Origin: Alloascoidea hylecoeti | Taxonomy: Eukaryota | DNA: 54,668 nucleotides | Assembly: GCA_001600815.1 (NCBI GenBank) | Contig: BCKZ01000024.1 | Coordinates: 244,464 to 299,131, forward strand | Direction: 5' to 3' | Shown here: in pieces, positions 44,456 to 54,668 of the stretch | Numbering within the stretch: the stretch's first letter is position 1 | Layout of the letters: every line of letters begins with the position of its first letter | Program-made: the position numbers and the translations under genes | The notes under the pieces: model-generated | What the model was told of the DNA's origin: nothing | The model's input: the letters and a program-made list of their open reading frames with translations, nothing else | Database searches by the model: none

Positions 44456-46912
44456 CTATTCTTCCGGCGTTCCAACTAAACCTTCCATTGAATTGGCTGT
44501 TCTGTTTGTAATAACTTCCGCAGTACCTTTATAAGTTATTTGTTTGAATAGTTCAGCCTGTGCTTGTCGCTTCAATTTACGTTTCAATTTTTGATTAGTG
44601 GAATTATGCAAGAGGTCACCTTGTAGGAAAGTATGGACAATATTAGTTATTGGTGTTAGGTAAGGTGATGTTTTAGTAATAGAAGTCGGGGATGGGATAC
44701 CCTCTGAGTCTGATCCCGTTCCAGTAGAATTGATGATACTTGATGCGATTGATGGATATTGACTCATATGAGATGAACCAAGGGTTAATGGTGACATTCT
44801 ACCAGTTGTGTTTGTATGTTGGTCATGTTTATAGTCATTAAGTAAAGCATCAATTTGCTGTATTTGTTTATGGTCATGTGTGTTATTGATGTTAATATCT
44901 TGAGGGGTAGTGCATGTAGATAGTGAAGCTGGTTTTGTTTGCTTTAAAGTACTAGAAAAGAATCTTTCAGCGATTTCATTTTTAATTTTTTCTAATAAGA
45001 TTTGGAAAGCATTCAGATGGTGATTTTCAATTGTATTTTCGTTATGATGCTCTTTAAATTCTTCCTCTTTTGTATCATCATCATCAATTAAATGTAAGAA
45101 ATTTTCAATCCAAATATCAATTTGCGTCTTTGCAATATCCAATTCTGGTAACATGGAGCCCATTTGATAAAACCCATGACTTAAGCCTTTAATAACCTGA
45201 ATTTCAACATCTTTATCTTTATCTTTATCTATGCCCATACCTTTGTTATTATTTTTATTTTCTTGTTTATATATATTCTTAGCTTCTCTTAGCTTTGCGG
45301 CAAATATAACAGAATCGTCAACCAATGGATCAGCTTCACCAACAAGAATACAAACTTTGGGAAATTTTGCAAGTAAACTCAATGGTGTCAGAACTGGAGA
45401 TAAGAAAAAATCAGTATTTAAATCAATACTTTTTGATTTATTAACACTTTTTTCAGATTCTATTCCGGCAGCAGCAGATAATGTTGTTGTTGGTGTTCCG
45501 ATATATAGCAAAAGGATTGCTCTTAAAAGTTCGGGATATAATATTCTATCATTACTATATGCAATTTTTGATGTTATTTGAAGCCCCGTATCAGATTTTA
45601 TTGGAAGGCTTGCAATTGGTCTTGAAGCAATTCCCATGGGCGAATCGTTAAAGGAAGAATTTCGTGAATGTAATTGGCCATAATCATTACTGTTCTCATA
45701 TGCATATGCATCGTTTGAATTTGTTGAAATTCTAATTGAGCTATAATTCATCATATCCTTTAAATTAATAATTGTATTATGGTTTGATTTAATAAAACTG
45801 GAGATTCTTCCAAATGCTTCAGTTTTTTGATTATATAATTCAGGTTTTTCTTCAACAATTGATTCTTTTTGGATTAATTTAATTTCGTTGGGTGATAAAC
45901 AACATGTATAATCTAATGCTAACGATGGATAAATTAATAATAATCCATTTGGTTTTGGTAAATCTTCACAATTTTTCGTTGTCAGTAATCTTAACATTAT
46001 CCCCGTTGCTAAATTACCGCCAGCTGAATCACCCATAAGACAAATTTCAGGCACTTTATTGCCAGATAATCCAATACATTTTCCCCTTGTGTTTATAATT
46101 GTTCGATATGCATCGAAACATTCATCTAAAGCATAAGGATAAGGATATTCCGGAGCCTTTTCATAATTTATTGCAACGATTGGGATTTGAAATCTTTTGG
46201 CATAAGACGCTAAGATTGGTTCATATTCAAGAGGTGTCATTGATATAAATCCACCACCATGTATGAACAATAATATTTTTTTGGCTTTTGAAAGGTCAGA
46301 TTTATTACTATTAAACCATAAAAATGACTGAATTGGATTTGAATATATTGAATGGTCTGGTCTTTGAATTAATATCCCTTGCTTTAATATAACTTTGGGA
46401 ATTAAAAACCAAGAAGCAGCCTTAATATAAGGATTTTCAAACTTATTCAATGAGACTCGAATTAAATTGATAGTTAAATTAGATTGGTATAAACGGTTTT
46501 TATTAGTTGCCTGTTCAGTGAAAACTAAATAATAGACAGAAAAGAAAATTGATAATATATCTCTTAACCATTTCTTTTTAATATTCATCGCTGTCCAAAA
46601 CCCAGCATCGGTAGCATTCAATAACCAACAAACTCTATAAAAATTTCTGGTATAGACGTCTTTTGATAACAGTGATGGCGGTTGGAAATTTAAAATCTTA
46701 TCAACATTTTTAAAAATGTAGTACCCCGTCATTGACAGGACGTAAATCTGCCATGCTGTCAACCGTTTCGTTAGTATAAAACTGATCTTGCTTATGAATT
46801 TGGGACCATGACGAGGACCTTTTATAAGAACAGATAGCCAAAACACAAAGACTAAATAGACTTGGTATTTCTTGACTTTATAGGAAGGTCTTCCTGCTAA
46901 ATCATCGATCAT
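44456..46912 (-). CDS. Hormone-sensitive-lipase-like (GDXG family) alpha/beta hydrolase, 818 aa
   Basis: HGGGF, YEKAPEYPYP, GDSAGGNL, DPLVDD, HGF. N-terminus MIDDLAGRPS and DAGFWTAM resemble fungal HSL-like proteins. Confidence 0.88.
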   Translation of the reverse strand: MIDDLAGRPSYKVKKYQVYLVFVFWLSVLIKGPRHGPKFISKISFILTKRLTAWQIYVLSMTGYYIFKNVDKILNFQPPSLLSKDVYTRNFYRVCWLLNATDAGFWTAMNIKKKWLRDILSIFFSVYYLVFTEQATNKNRLYQSNLTINLIRVSLNKFENPYIKAASWFLIPKVILKQGILIQRPDHSIYSNPIQSFLWFNSNKSDLSKAKKILLFIHGGGFISMTPLEYEPILASYAKRFQIPIVAINYEKAPEYPYPYALDECFDAYRTIINTRGKCIGLSGNKVPEICLMGDSAGGNLATGIMLRLLTTKNCEDLPKPNGLLLIYPSLALDYTCCLSPNEIKLIQKESIVEEKPELYNQKTEAFGRISSFIKSNHNTIINLKDMMNYSSIRISTNSNDAYAYENSNDYGQLHSRNSSFNDSPMGIASRPIASLPIKSDTGLQITSKIAYSNDRILYPELLRAILLLYIGTPTTTLSAAAGIESEKSVNKSKSIDLNTDFFLSPVLTPLSLLAKFPKVCILVGEADPLVDDSVIFAAKLREAKNIYKQENKNNNKGMGIDKDKDKDVEIQVIKGLSHGFYQMGSMLPELDIAKTQIDIWIENFLHLIDDDDTKEEEFKEHHNENTIENHHLNAFQILLEKIKNEIAERFFSSTLKQTKPASLSTCTTPQDININNTHDHKQIQQIDALLNDYKHDQHTNTTGRMSPLTLGSSHMSQYPSIASSIINSTGTGSDSEGIPSPTSITKTSPYLTPITNIVHTFLQGDLLHNSTNQKLKRKLKRQAQAELFKQITYKGTAEVITNRTANSMEGLVGTPEE

Positions 46913-47296
46913 TTTGTTTAAATCAATAAGTTAGCGTTTTGTGATTTTTAGGGTACAGTGGGACTAATTGTTAGTTTATAACTTATACAGCAATATCTAT
47001 TTATCAATATCAATTTCATGTAATAAAAATATCACTGCATGTGAAAGATGGAGAAAAATTAAAATTTATAAAATTAGGTCATCTCCCACACGTGATGCAT
47101 ACGGGATCACATGACCTTTGTTGGCTGTTTCACCAAATATGCATGTGGATAGATTGGGCAGCAAGATGCACTCCCAACAATTACAATTAAACCCTCCAAC
47201 CTTCTTTTGTACTTCAACATAATTATATAAATAAATCTATTTTCGCTCCGTCCGTTGAGTTTCCTTTTTACCCACTTATTTGTAAACATATCTAAA

Positions 47297-48756
47297 ATGT
47301 CTGATGGAGACGTTTACGAAATTGCGAAATTCTTATACTCACATCCTTTATTAAAACAACGGCCCGGTTTTTTTAAATCTAAAACACACGATTTTTTCAG
47401 AGTTAAACGAGCAATACGGGCTCTAGAATCACCAGATTATAAACTAAAACAACGTACAACTATTGGGCTACCCTTGATAAATAGTCATGATAAGGCTCTT
47501 GAAGTTTTTTCACAACTGCCTTTGAATGGGCTTGCTATACGAGTTGAGAAATATACACAATCTAAGGCAAGGCATTTAGGAATCTTAAAAGGGGATAAAA
47601 CATTACCTAATAATGTCTTACCAGTAATACAAGTTATGGAATCTCAAGAATTTGGCCCAGATATGTACTATGCTTGGTTTTATAAACCAATAACTTATAG
47701 TAAAATGCTCTTAAGATTTATTGAGTTTGGGTTATTAATGTTGGGTTTAATTATGCTAATCATTAATATTGATCTAAGTTACAACTACAATCCTCATGCT
47801 AAAAATTTGGTCATATGGAAATCCAAATTCACAGTCGTTCTCAATTCTATAATTAGTTTATGTTCATGGGATTCATTTACTAGTTTTTTAATGAAATTTT
47901 CAATTTTGGGAATAGTTTCTGGTGTTTTGGGGTTATTACTAATAAGAATTATGTTATATGTTGTTACGATGATATTAATACCTAAAAATTTAGGAAAACG
48001 AGGACTTTGGTTATTTCCAAATCTATTTAGTAATGTTGGGCTTTTTAATAGCTTCATACCATTATATGGCTGGGTAAGTTAATAATTATAACATTATAAT
48101 TATGTAATTACTCATGATCATAATTTCTAACTTTTATTTTATTTATATAGAGCAATGCAATTAAACAGGTCCCACTCGACACTACCCCAACTTTTACATA
48201 TAATGAGCATATGCATAGATCACGATCGCGGTCGACTAAAAAGAAATCGAGGCAAAATCGGAGTATCGATTTTAATCTTAATGAATCAACAATAATTATC
48301 GAAAAAGAAGAAAAACATGAACATTTACAAAATACCGAATACAATGATGCTATTTCACCATTAAGATCTAAAACCACAAACAACTCAATCATAAAACATA
48401 GCACTATTAATAATAATAGATTACACAGTCACATTCATTATTTACATCGATTATCTTCTCCCTCATCGTATGAAGATTCTGACACATCCGTTACAAGTAC
48501 GTCAACATCTGCATCAACTTTTGATTCCGATTTACCGAACTCACCCCCATTGCCATATCGTGGATTTAGCTCAATATCAGGGACATCACCTAAACTTGGC
48601 AGTGCATTTACGCTAAACAACAATAGCAGCAGTAGTATTGGTACATCTAATTATTCTACTTCTACCACCACATCTAATCTAAATGGTAAAAATCTTAGAA
48701 AGGATATTTCTTCGGCCGATAGGAAATCAACTTCAAAGATAAATTTACATGTATAG
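47297..48756 (+). CDS. SEC62: Sec62-like translocation protein; exons 47297-48073 and 48151-48756 (~460 aa)
   Basis: LKQRPG, DFFRVKRAIRALESPDY, QEFGPDMYYAWFY, hydrophobic segments, GLWLFPNLF..SFIPLYGW. Phase-0 intron GTAAGT..TTCTAAC..TATAG puts ORF 48211-48756 in frame. Confidence 0.82.
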
Positions 48757-49153
48757 TCTTATTAGTTCAACTGTTATCACGAATGATTTATGGTTATAAT
48801 TAGTACTAATGATAGTGTGGATGATCAACACCCATGACCGGGGATTTTACAATTAGTAACGATTGATTACATTTAAAAAAAGATGACTGTTTCTTGCTAC
48901 AATAAAAGTTATTTACATATAGAAGTTGTAAGTTTTATATTTATCCGTTATTTTTGTTGTTTATATATTTGAATATTTAAATTTAATGAAATTATGATTG
49001 GTTGATAGAGAATAAAAGGAAGAATAATATCTTTGTTAACCGTTATGCATATGGCTACGTTGGCGGCTACAGTTCAACAAAATAAAAAATTTGATTATTC
49101 TTTATACTTTTTCCCTGTCTTTACATAATTATAATTAGAAAATCCCAACATAA

Positions 49154-49306
49154 AATATTGATGGAATTAAGGTTCCGGGGAAGCAAAATATTTCAATGCA
49201 GACCTTACGATTTACGGAAACTGGTATAAGCATGTGACTATTCGTACACTTTGCTGACGATATCACAATGGTATTAGGAATAGATTTTAAAGAGCATTCA
49301 GGCTTA
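49154..49306 (+). mobile_element. L1-like RT fragment (domains 5-6)
   Basis: One reading frame: IDGIKVPG..(one TGA)..LFVHFADDITMVL..DFKEHSGL. FADD at 49250-49261. Confidence 0.6.
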
Positions 49307-49803
49307 TCTAGTTTGATGAGCAATCTGTTGACAAGCCTGAAGTTCACAAGCTTAATTCATAACATAGATTAATACAGTTGATCTAAGAAGTTATTCAAAA
49401 TTAAGATTTACCTTGCAGTTTGTTACACAGTTTTCAACATTTTAATCCAGTCCAGTGTTTACCCTTGACAGCGTATATATCAGGATAACCGGGTAACATT
49501 CAGAAATAACTATTTTCCGTGGTAAGCTCTATTTCAATGGCATGTCAAACCACCTGACTATATATGTTTTGATCTGAATAAAAATCGCAGTGTCAAAAAA
49601 CAGAGCATGATCAAGCCTAAGCTTAAGGGATATTTGCCATTACGCGTTTGTTTTTATCGTAATCAGAGAATTAAAGGAATTTAAAATGTTTCAATTAATT
49701 TTCATATATAATCGGCTATTACCCGGGCTTGTTACATATTATAACAATTTATTATATAATACTAACAAGTGGTAGACATCATAGTTATAACAACGTTAAC
49801 GTT

Positions 49804-51192
49804 ATGGCTAAAAGGTTATTTACATTAAAGAAGAAGGTATTATTTTCAGTTTTGGGTGTTTATGTCGGTTATAATTCTTATGTTTCAATAAATACAAATT
49901 ATGAGATTTACCGAAGAGAACAAGAGTTTTTAAAACGCAAAAAAATAGAAACGGCTATTGGTGAAAGAGTAAATACAGAATTCGAAGAGATTAATGATCA
50001 AGACGAAGAAAATTTTAAAAATAAATTTAAATCGTTGAAAATTAATGGAAGATTTGAAAATCCGTTTAATGAATATAGAACACAGACGATATTTGAGTTC
50101 TTACTTGCGAGGATTTTTGAATTATTTGATTCCGAAGGACATGGAAAGAATCATGGGCTGACGGATAGAGAAGAATTAGATAAATACTTACCTGTTTATG
50201 AACCAGATTTTGAGTTATTGAGATTAAATAAATTTCAAGAAGGATACCAAACAAACACTAATACAGATACAAATATAAACATCAATAAAATCAAAGATGA
50301 AATACTTTTACCCAGTTTAAAAAACAGATTAACCTTCACTTGGATTGGACAATCATGTGCCTTTATACAAATTTCCGGATTGAATTTTATAACAGATCCA
50401 CAATTTTCAAATCATTTAATAAATAATTTCATTGGACCTAAAAGAATAGTCAGGTCTCCTTGTGAAGTTAAAGCTTTACCGAATATTGATTATGTCCTTA
50501 TTTCTCATAATCATCCTGATCATCTTGATAATGAATCTATTAAAAAAATAGGCAATAAAGCAACGTGGATTGTTCCATTAGGTTTAGGGAACTATTTATC
50601 AAAGTTTGGGGTTAATAATGTTATTGAATTGAATTGGTGGGATAGGATGGAATTACCTATTAATAATAATAACAATATTAATGAAAAGTTTGAAATATTA
50701 TGTGTACCAGCGATGCATTGGGCAGGCCGTGGATTACTTGACACGAATGAATCATTATGGGGGTCATTTTTAATTTTCAAAAATGAGGAGCCAATCCTTT
50801 ATCATGTTGGAGATACAGGATATTGTCCTGAATTATTTCAAAATTTAAGTAAGAAAGTTTTAAATTCAAAACCTATTAAATTATCAATGATTCCAATTGG
50901 ATCATATGATCCAGAATGGCATCAAAGACCAAGACATGTTAATCCTGAAGAATCTTATAAAATATTTAAGGACATAAAAGGTATTAAAATGGTTGGGGTT
51001 CATTGGGGGACTTTTATATGTAGTAGTGAGAATTTCTTAGATCCTATAAAAAGATTAAAGAATATTAATGATGCTGGGGTTTTAATACCTGAATTTGGTA
51101 AAACTTGGATTATGGATATTGAAAAGTTGGGAACTGGGAATTCTACTGGTAGGAAAGAGATTAGGGATGGTAAATCAATTATTATTCAGTAA
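49804..51192 (+). CDS. FMP30: Fmp30 / NAPE-PLD-like metallo-beta-lactamase-fold phospholipase D (~462 aa)
   Basis: GRFENPFNEYR, TWIGQS, TDP, ISHNHPDHLD, PAMHWAGR, GDTGY, PIGSY, HVNPEE, VHWGTF. First ATG at 49804. Confidence 0.9.
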   Translation: MAKRLFTLKKKVLFSVLGVYVGYNSYVSINTNYEIYRREQEFLKRKKIETAIGERVNTEFEEINDQDEENFKNKFKSLKINGRFENPFNEYRTQTIFEFLLARIFELFDSEGHGKNHGLTDREELDKYLPVYEPDFELLRLNKFQEGYQTNTNTDTNININKIKDEILLPSLKNRLTFTWIGQSCAFIQISGLNFITDPQFSNHLINNFIGPKRIVRSPCEVKALPNIDYVLISHNHPDHLDNESIKKIGNKATWIVPLGLGNYLSKFGVNNVIELNWWDRMELPINNNNNINEKFEILCVPAMHWAGRGLLDTNESLWGSFLIFKNEEPILYHVGDTGYCPELFQNLSKKVLNSKPIKLSMIPIGSYDPEWHQRPRHVNPEESYKIFKDIKGIKMVGVHWGTFICSSENFLDPIKRLKNINDAGVLIPEFGKTWIMDIEKLGTGNSTGRKEIRDGKSIIIQ

Positions 51193-51223
51193 TCTATGTA
51201 TCTATTTTTATTTATATAAATAT

Positions 51224-52564
51224 CTATAAGCCAAAGAGATTAACTTTAGCTTTCCAATCATTTAAAATTGGTTTTTCGTGATCGACTAGTTTATCCAAAG
51301 CATGGAAATAATCTCCAATAACATCAACATACCATTGTTTACCATTTCCTTGGTGGTGGGCAACATGACCACCCAAGTCCGTAGTGATTGTATAAATAAA
51401 AGGGTTTATTTTACTTTCTTCAGTTGGGATTGAATGAACTCCGACCACTGGATCATCTAATGTATTTATGATTAGTGATGGTGTTTTAATATTGAAGAAT
51501 CTATTAATTGGAGATGCTTTTCTATAGTATTCATTTGCACAATTAAAACCAAAGATTGGGCCAGTGAAAACATTATCAAAATCTTTGATATTTTTAAAGC
51601 TTCTCATTTTATCATAACCTTTAATAAACTCTTCGTTTTCTTTTAATTCATTATAATTATTTTTAATAACTTTTCTTAAAAATGATAATAAACTTGGTTG
51701 TAATAATTTCACAGCAGACCAGTTTTTATTAACATGATAGCTAGAGTCCATTAAATCCCACGGGCATACATAAAAAGAAACACCAGATAAGACTGAGTTA
51801 TCACCTTCCTCACCGACATAATTTGCTAAAGCGCTTGCACCTAATGATAATCCAACTGCGTATATTTTTCTTTTAGGAGTTTCGTCTTTAATTAGCTTAA
51901 CTAGATATCTAACATCTTCGGTTGTTGCAGCGCAGAACAATTCAGGAGTTGTTATTTTTGATCTGGAGCAACCTCTTGTATTTAAAACAACAACATCGAA
52001 GCCATATTTTTCATATAGGTTATAAGCAACGTTTCTGGTATATGGCTCGTGGCTACCACCACCCATACCATGCATTATAAGAACAATTGGTTTCTCATTA
52101 TTTTCATCCTTCATATTTGAAACTTCCTCGGGATTTAGATATCTTGTTCTTACATTCATTCGCGGTGAATTTTCAATTGGTGAGTAGTCCGATAGATTCT
52201 TCCACTCTTCCTCATTCTTTGGTTTCGGTAGAACAAAATCAATTGTTGCGGAACCATTATCGGGAAAAGTAAGTATTCTTCTTCCATAATAAGCCTTGTT
52301 GAATCCACTTTGATCGGCAGCAAATGAGTACATTGTTTGTAGCGATCCATTAAAAAGATATGGAGTTAACCAAAAAGATGAATTATCTTTTGCATCCTTC
52401 ACGTTTTGTTGAACAAGTGAGCTTAGTGAAATATAGTTGGTACCATCATTATCATTATTGCCGGTCTCACTTTTTAAAGGTAAGGAGATTGTTTTATCGG
52501 AGTGATAGACATGAACTTTAGATCTAAAGCCCCAATAAAAGGGATTGATGGAAAAAATTGACAT
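51224..52564 (-). CDS. EHT1: Eht1/Eeb1-family acyl-CoA:ethanol acyltransferase/esterase, 446 aa
   Basis: LFNGSLQT, HGMGGGSHEPY, NTRGCSRSKITTPELF, GLSLGA, DDPVV, GGH. Single pre-duplication EHT1/EEB1 type. Confidence 0.82.
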   Translation of the reverse strand: MSIFSINPFYWGFRSKVHVYHSDKTISLPLKSETGNNDNDGTNYISLSSLVQQNVKDAKDNSSFWLTPYLFNGSLQTMYSFAADQSGFNKAYYGRRILTFPDNGSATIDFVLPKPKNEEEWKNLSDYSPIENSPRMNVRTRYLNPEEVSNMKDENNEKPIVLIMHGMGGGSHEPYTRNVAYNLYEKYGFDVVVLNTRGCSRSKITTPELFCAATTEDVRYLVKLIKDETPKRKIYAVGLSLGASALANYVGEEGDNSVLSGVSFYVCPWDLMDSSYHVNKNWSAVKLLQPSLLSFLRKVIKNNYNELKENEEFIKGYDKMRSFKNIKDFDNVFTGPIFGFNCANEYYRKASPINRFFNIKTPSLIINTLDDPVVGVHSIPTEESKINPFIYTITTDLGGHVAHHQGNGKQWYVDVIGDYFHALDKLVDHEKPILNDWKAKVNLFGL

Positions 52565-52808
52565 TTCAGATTAAGCTGGGAAATGAAGAGAAAAAATCGT
52601 TGAGTGATTAAGGAGTTTAATTACTCATTAAGATCCACATATGCACCATTAAAATTTACAAAAGGAACACACAAATGTTTAAACGTTTAAATGGTAATCT
52701 GAACCTGAAATCATCGAGTCTCTGATCTCTTTGATTCCAAATCAATGTATTTATGTATTTATATCTAAGGTGAATCAAAAGTGTGCGGAATTTTCGCCTG
52801 AAAGGGCG

Positions 52809-52823
52809 TTTCGCGTTTCGCGT
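52809..52823. promoter_or_regulatory. Tandem ACGCGAAA (SCB/MCB-like) sites in the EHT1/tropomyosin divergent promoter
   Basis: TTTCGCGTTTCGCGT read directly. Confidence 0.5.
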
Positions 52824-53128
52824 ATCCAGAACATTCAAAAATGTGCTCCATCTACTTCTTTATATATGCATTCCAATAATATTAACATGTTAAGATGAAT
52901 TAAAGCAAAAGAACATTCCTATAGGGATAAATATATAACATTCTGATTGTGATTCGTGGAGGTTTAGAATTAAGGCAAATGTGATTACGTGATTATGTAG
53001 TAAGTGGTAGTCGCCTGACCTGGTTGAGTATGTATAAATCAATAAATACCCACTCATACCCCTTCGTTGTCCTTTCTCTCCTTCTACCATCGGAATCAAC
53101 ATCGGAACAAACAGCACCTTATTTCAAA

Positions 53129-53734
53129 ATGGAAAAACTTAGAGAAGTATGTGACTGAATAATCCTGGGCCTAAGGTTTATGATCATCTTCCTTTGTGGA
53201 TTTACAGATCATGGAGGTGGCAAGATCTTCCTAGTTACTAACCACATTCTTCCGTATTTTGTTTAGAAAATTAACTCATTAAAACTTGAGACTGAAAATG
53301 CACAAGAAAAGGCTGATGAAGCAAATAGCAGAGTCAAGGAGTTAGAACAAGAAGCTCTTACAAAAGATCAAGAAATTCAAGCTCTTCAACGCAAAAATCA
53401 GACATTGGAAGATGAGGTTGAAAAGCTAGAATCTGTTATTGGTGAAAATAAGACTGCATTAGAAGATTCTAGTGCTGTTAAATCATCCAATGATTCTTTC
53501 TCCAAGAAGAATCAATTATTAGAAGAGGAATTGGAGATTTCTGATCAAAACTTAAAAGAAACAACTGCCAAGTTACGTGACACTGATGTTAGAGCTGAAC
53601 AATTAGAGAAGAAGGTTGCTTCTTTGGAAGCAGAAAGAGATACTTGGGAACAAAAGTATGAAGAATTATCAGAGAAGTATGCTCAGACCAAGGCTGAATT
53701 GGACGAGATTTCTAAACAATTGGATGATATTTAA
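53129..53734 (+). CDS. TPM2: Tropomyosin, 161 aa; exons 53129-53146 and 53267-53734
   Basis: MEKLRE|GTATGT..TACTAAC..TTTAG|KINSLKLETE..; continuous coiled coil. 161 aa is the Tpm2/Cdc8 length class. Confidence 0.92.
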
Positions 53735-54065
53735 ATTTCTATAAAGCATATTTATAACTAATAATAAAATTGATAATATTAATATAACTTTACCTTATTA
53801 CCTTCTATAAATATTGAGTTTCTTTGAATTTTATCTTTCTATGTACCGTATGGCATATACCATGTTCAGACAGTTTTTCAGTAGAAATTATTACACTCTA
53901 CTATAAGGTGTGCGGCTTCCTTCGTCAAAATACACCTCCAAAAAATACGATGCATAAAAAAACTTACTTTCTATTTAACCAACCAGCACCCATCACCGTG
54001 CTAAAAATCCCTTAATGCATAGCAGGAAAAGAAAAATCCTAGTTTGAGACTAGATAGCGCTCTCT

Positions 54066-54668
54066 CTAAGATTGTTTTACGATAGATTAGTCAAGGATGA
54101 AGAAAAGAATTGGACTTCGGAGTTAGTTAATCAGATTGCAATGGAAAATTTTCCCAATATTGATCACCTTGAAGCTCTAAGACGACCTATACTTTACTCT
54201 GACTGGACAAGCAATTACTATATTCCNGTGGATCAAGAAGAGTTAAGGGTTTTTGTAAAAGAAAGATTGAGAGTATTTTCAGAAGAAGAATTAGAAATTT
54301 CATTAGTTCTATTTGATGATGCCCTTGACCATATTTTAAGAATTGATAGGGTTTTAAGGCAGCCACAGGGCCATATGATTTTAATTGGCGCTAGTAGTAG
54401 TGGTAAAACTACTTTTGCAAGATTTGTTTCTTGGATGAACGGTCTTAAAGTTGTGCAACTTAACTTAATGTTCATAGGAAATATACAATTCAAGATTTTG
54501 ATTCTTCGTTGAGAGATATTTTAAAGCGATCTGGCATACATGGTGAACGAATTTGTTTTATAATTGATGAGTTAAACATCATGGATACAGCTTTTATTGA
54601 AAGAATGAATACCACCCTTCTTGCTAATGCAGAAATCCCTGGCTTATTCGAAGGAGATGAATATGTAG
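54066..54668 (+). pseudogene. DYN1: 5'-truncated, frameshifted cytoplasmic dynein heavy chain fragment (end of AAA3 and AAA4), continuing past the window edge
   Basis: Starts abruptly at [45 protein letters not shown]; a 5-nt duplication AACTT (54457-54466) shifts the frame; then [35 protein letters not shown] with an extra ACC codon (54611-54616). Confidence 0.85.

Noticed and set aside
1..54668. tRNA, rRNA, CRISPR arrays, LTR retrotransposons, telomeric repeats
   Set aside because: No cloverleaf or A/B boxes, rRNA-like tracts, repeat-spacer arrays, paired LTRs or telomere-like tandem arrays recognised by eye.

Overview
AT-rich nuclear DNA from a budding yeast (Saccharomycotina). Short GT-AG introns, CTG read as Leu and a hormone-sensitive-lipase-like gene point to an early-branching lineage (inference). 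The right half (30-54.7 kb) is gene-dense: RPL39 (spliced, missing from the ORF track), RPS14, EMC7/SOP4, CDC6, SNT1, RRP43, an HSL-like lipase, SEC62 with a spliced Ser-rich tail, FMP30, an EHT1/EEB1-like hydrolase, tropomyosin and a 5'-truncated, frameshifted dynein heavy chain fragment. Most of this half is in ancient synteny with S. cerevisiae. The left half (1-30 kb) has only four intact genes (RDH54, CYC8-like, an aldo-keto reductase, a YJU3-like lipase) and an arrestin/Bul1-like pseudogene. Its long ORF-free gaps, when read by eye across frameshifts, contain ordered endonuclease, reverse transcriptase, thumb and CCHC motifs of L1-like non-LTR retrotransposons: five long fossil copies on the + strand, plus three short fragments in the right half. 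The five long copies all begin at about the endonuclease N-terminus with little or no room for ORF1. One is interrupted by a scrambled pogo/Fot1 DNA-transposon relic and by a 120-bp inverted duplication. Non-coding DNA is rich in short perfect palindromes and tandem micro-duplications. All fossil-element calls are manual motif readings and need profile-HMM confirmation.
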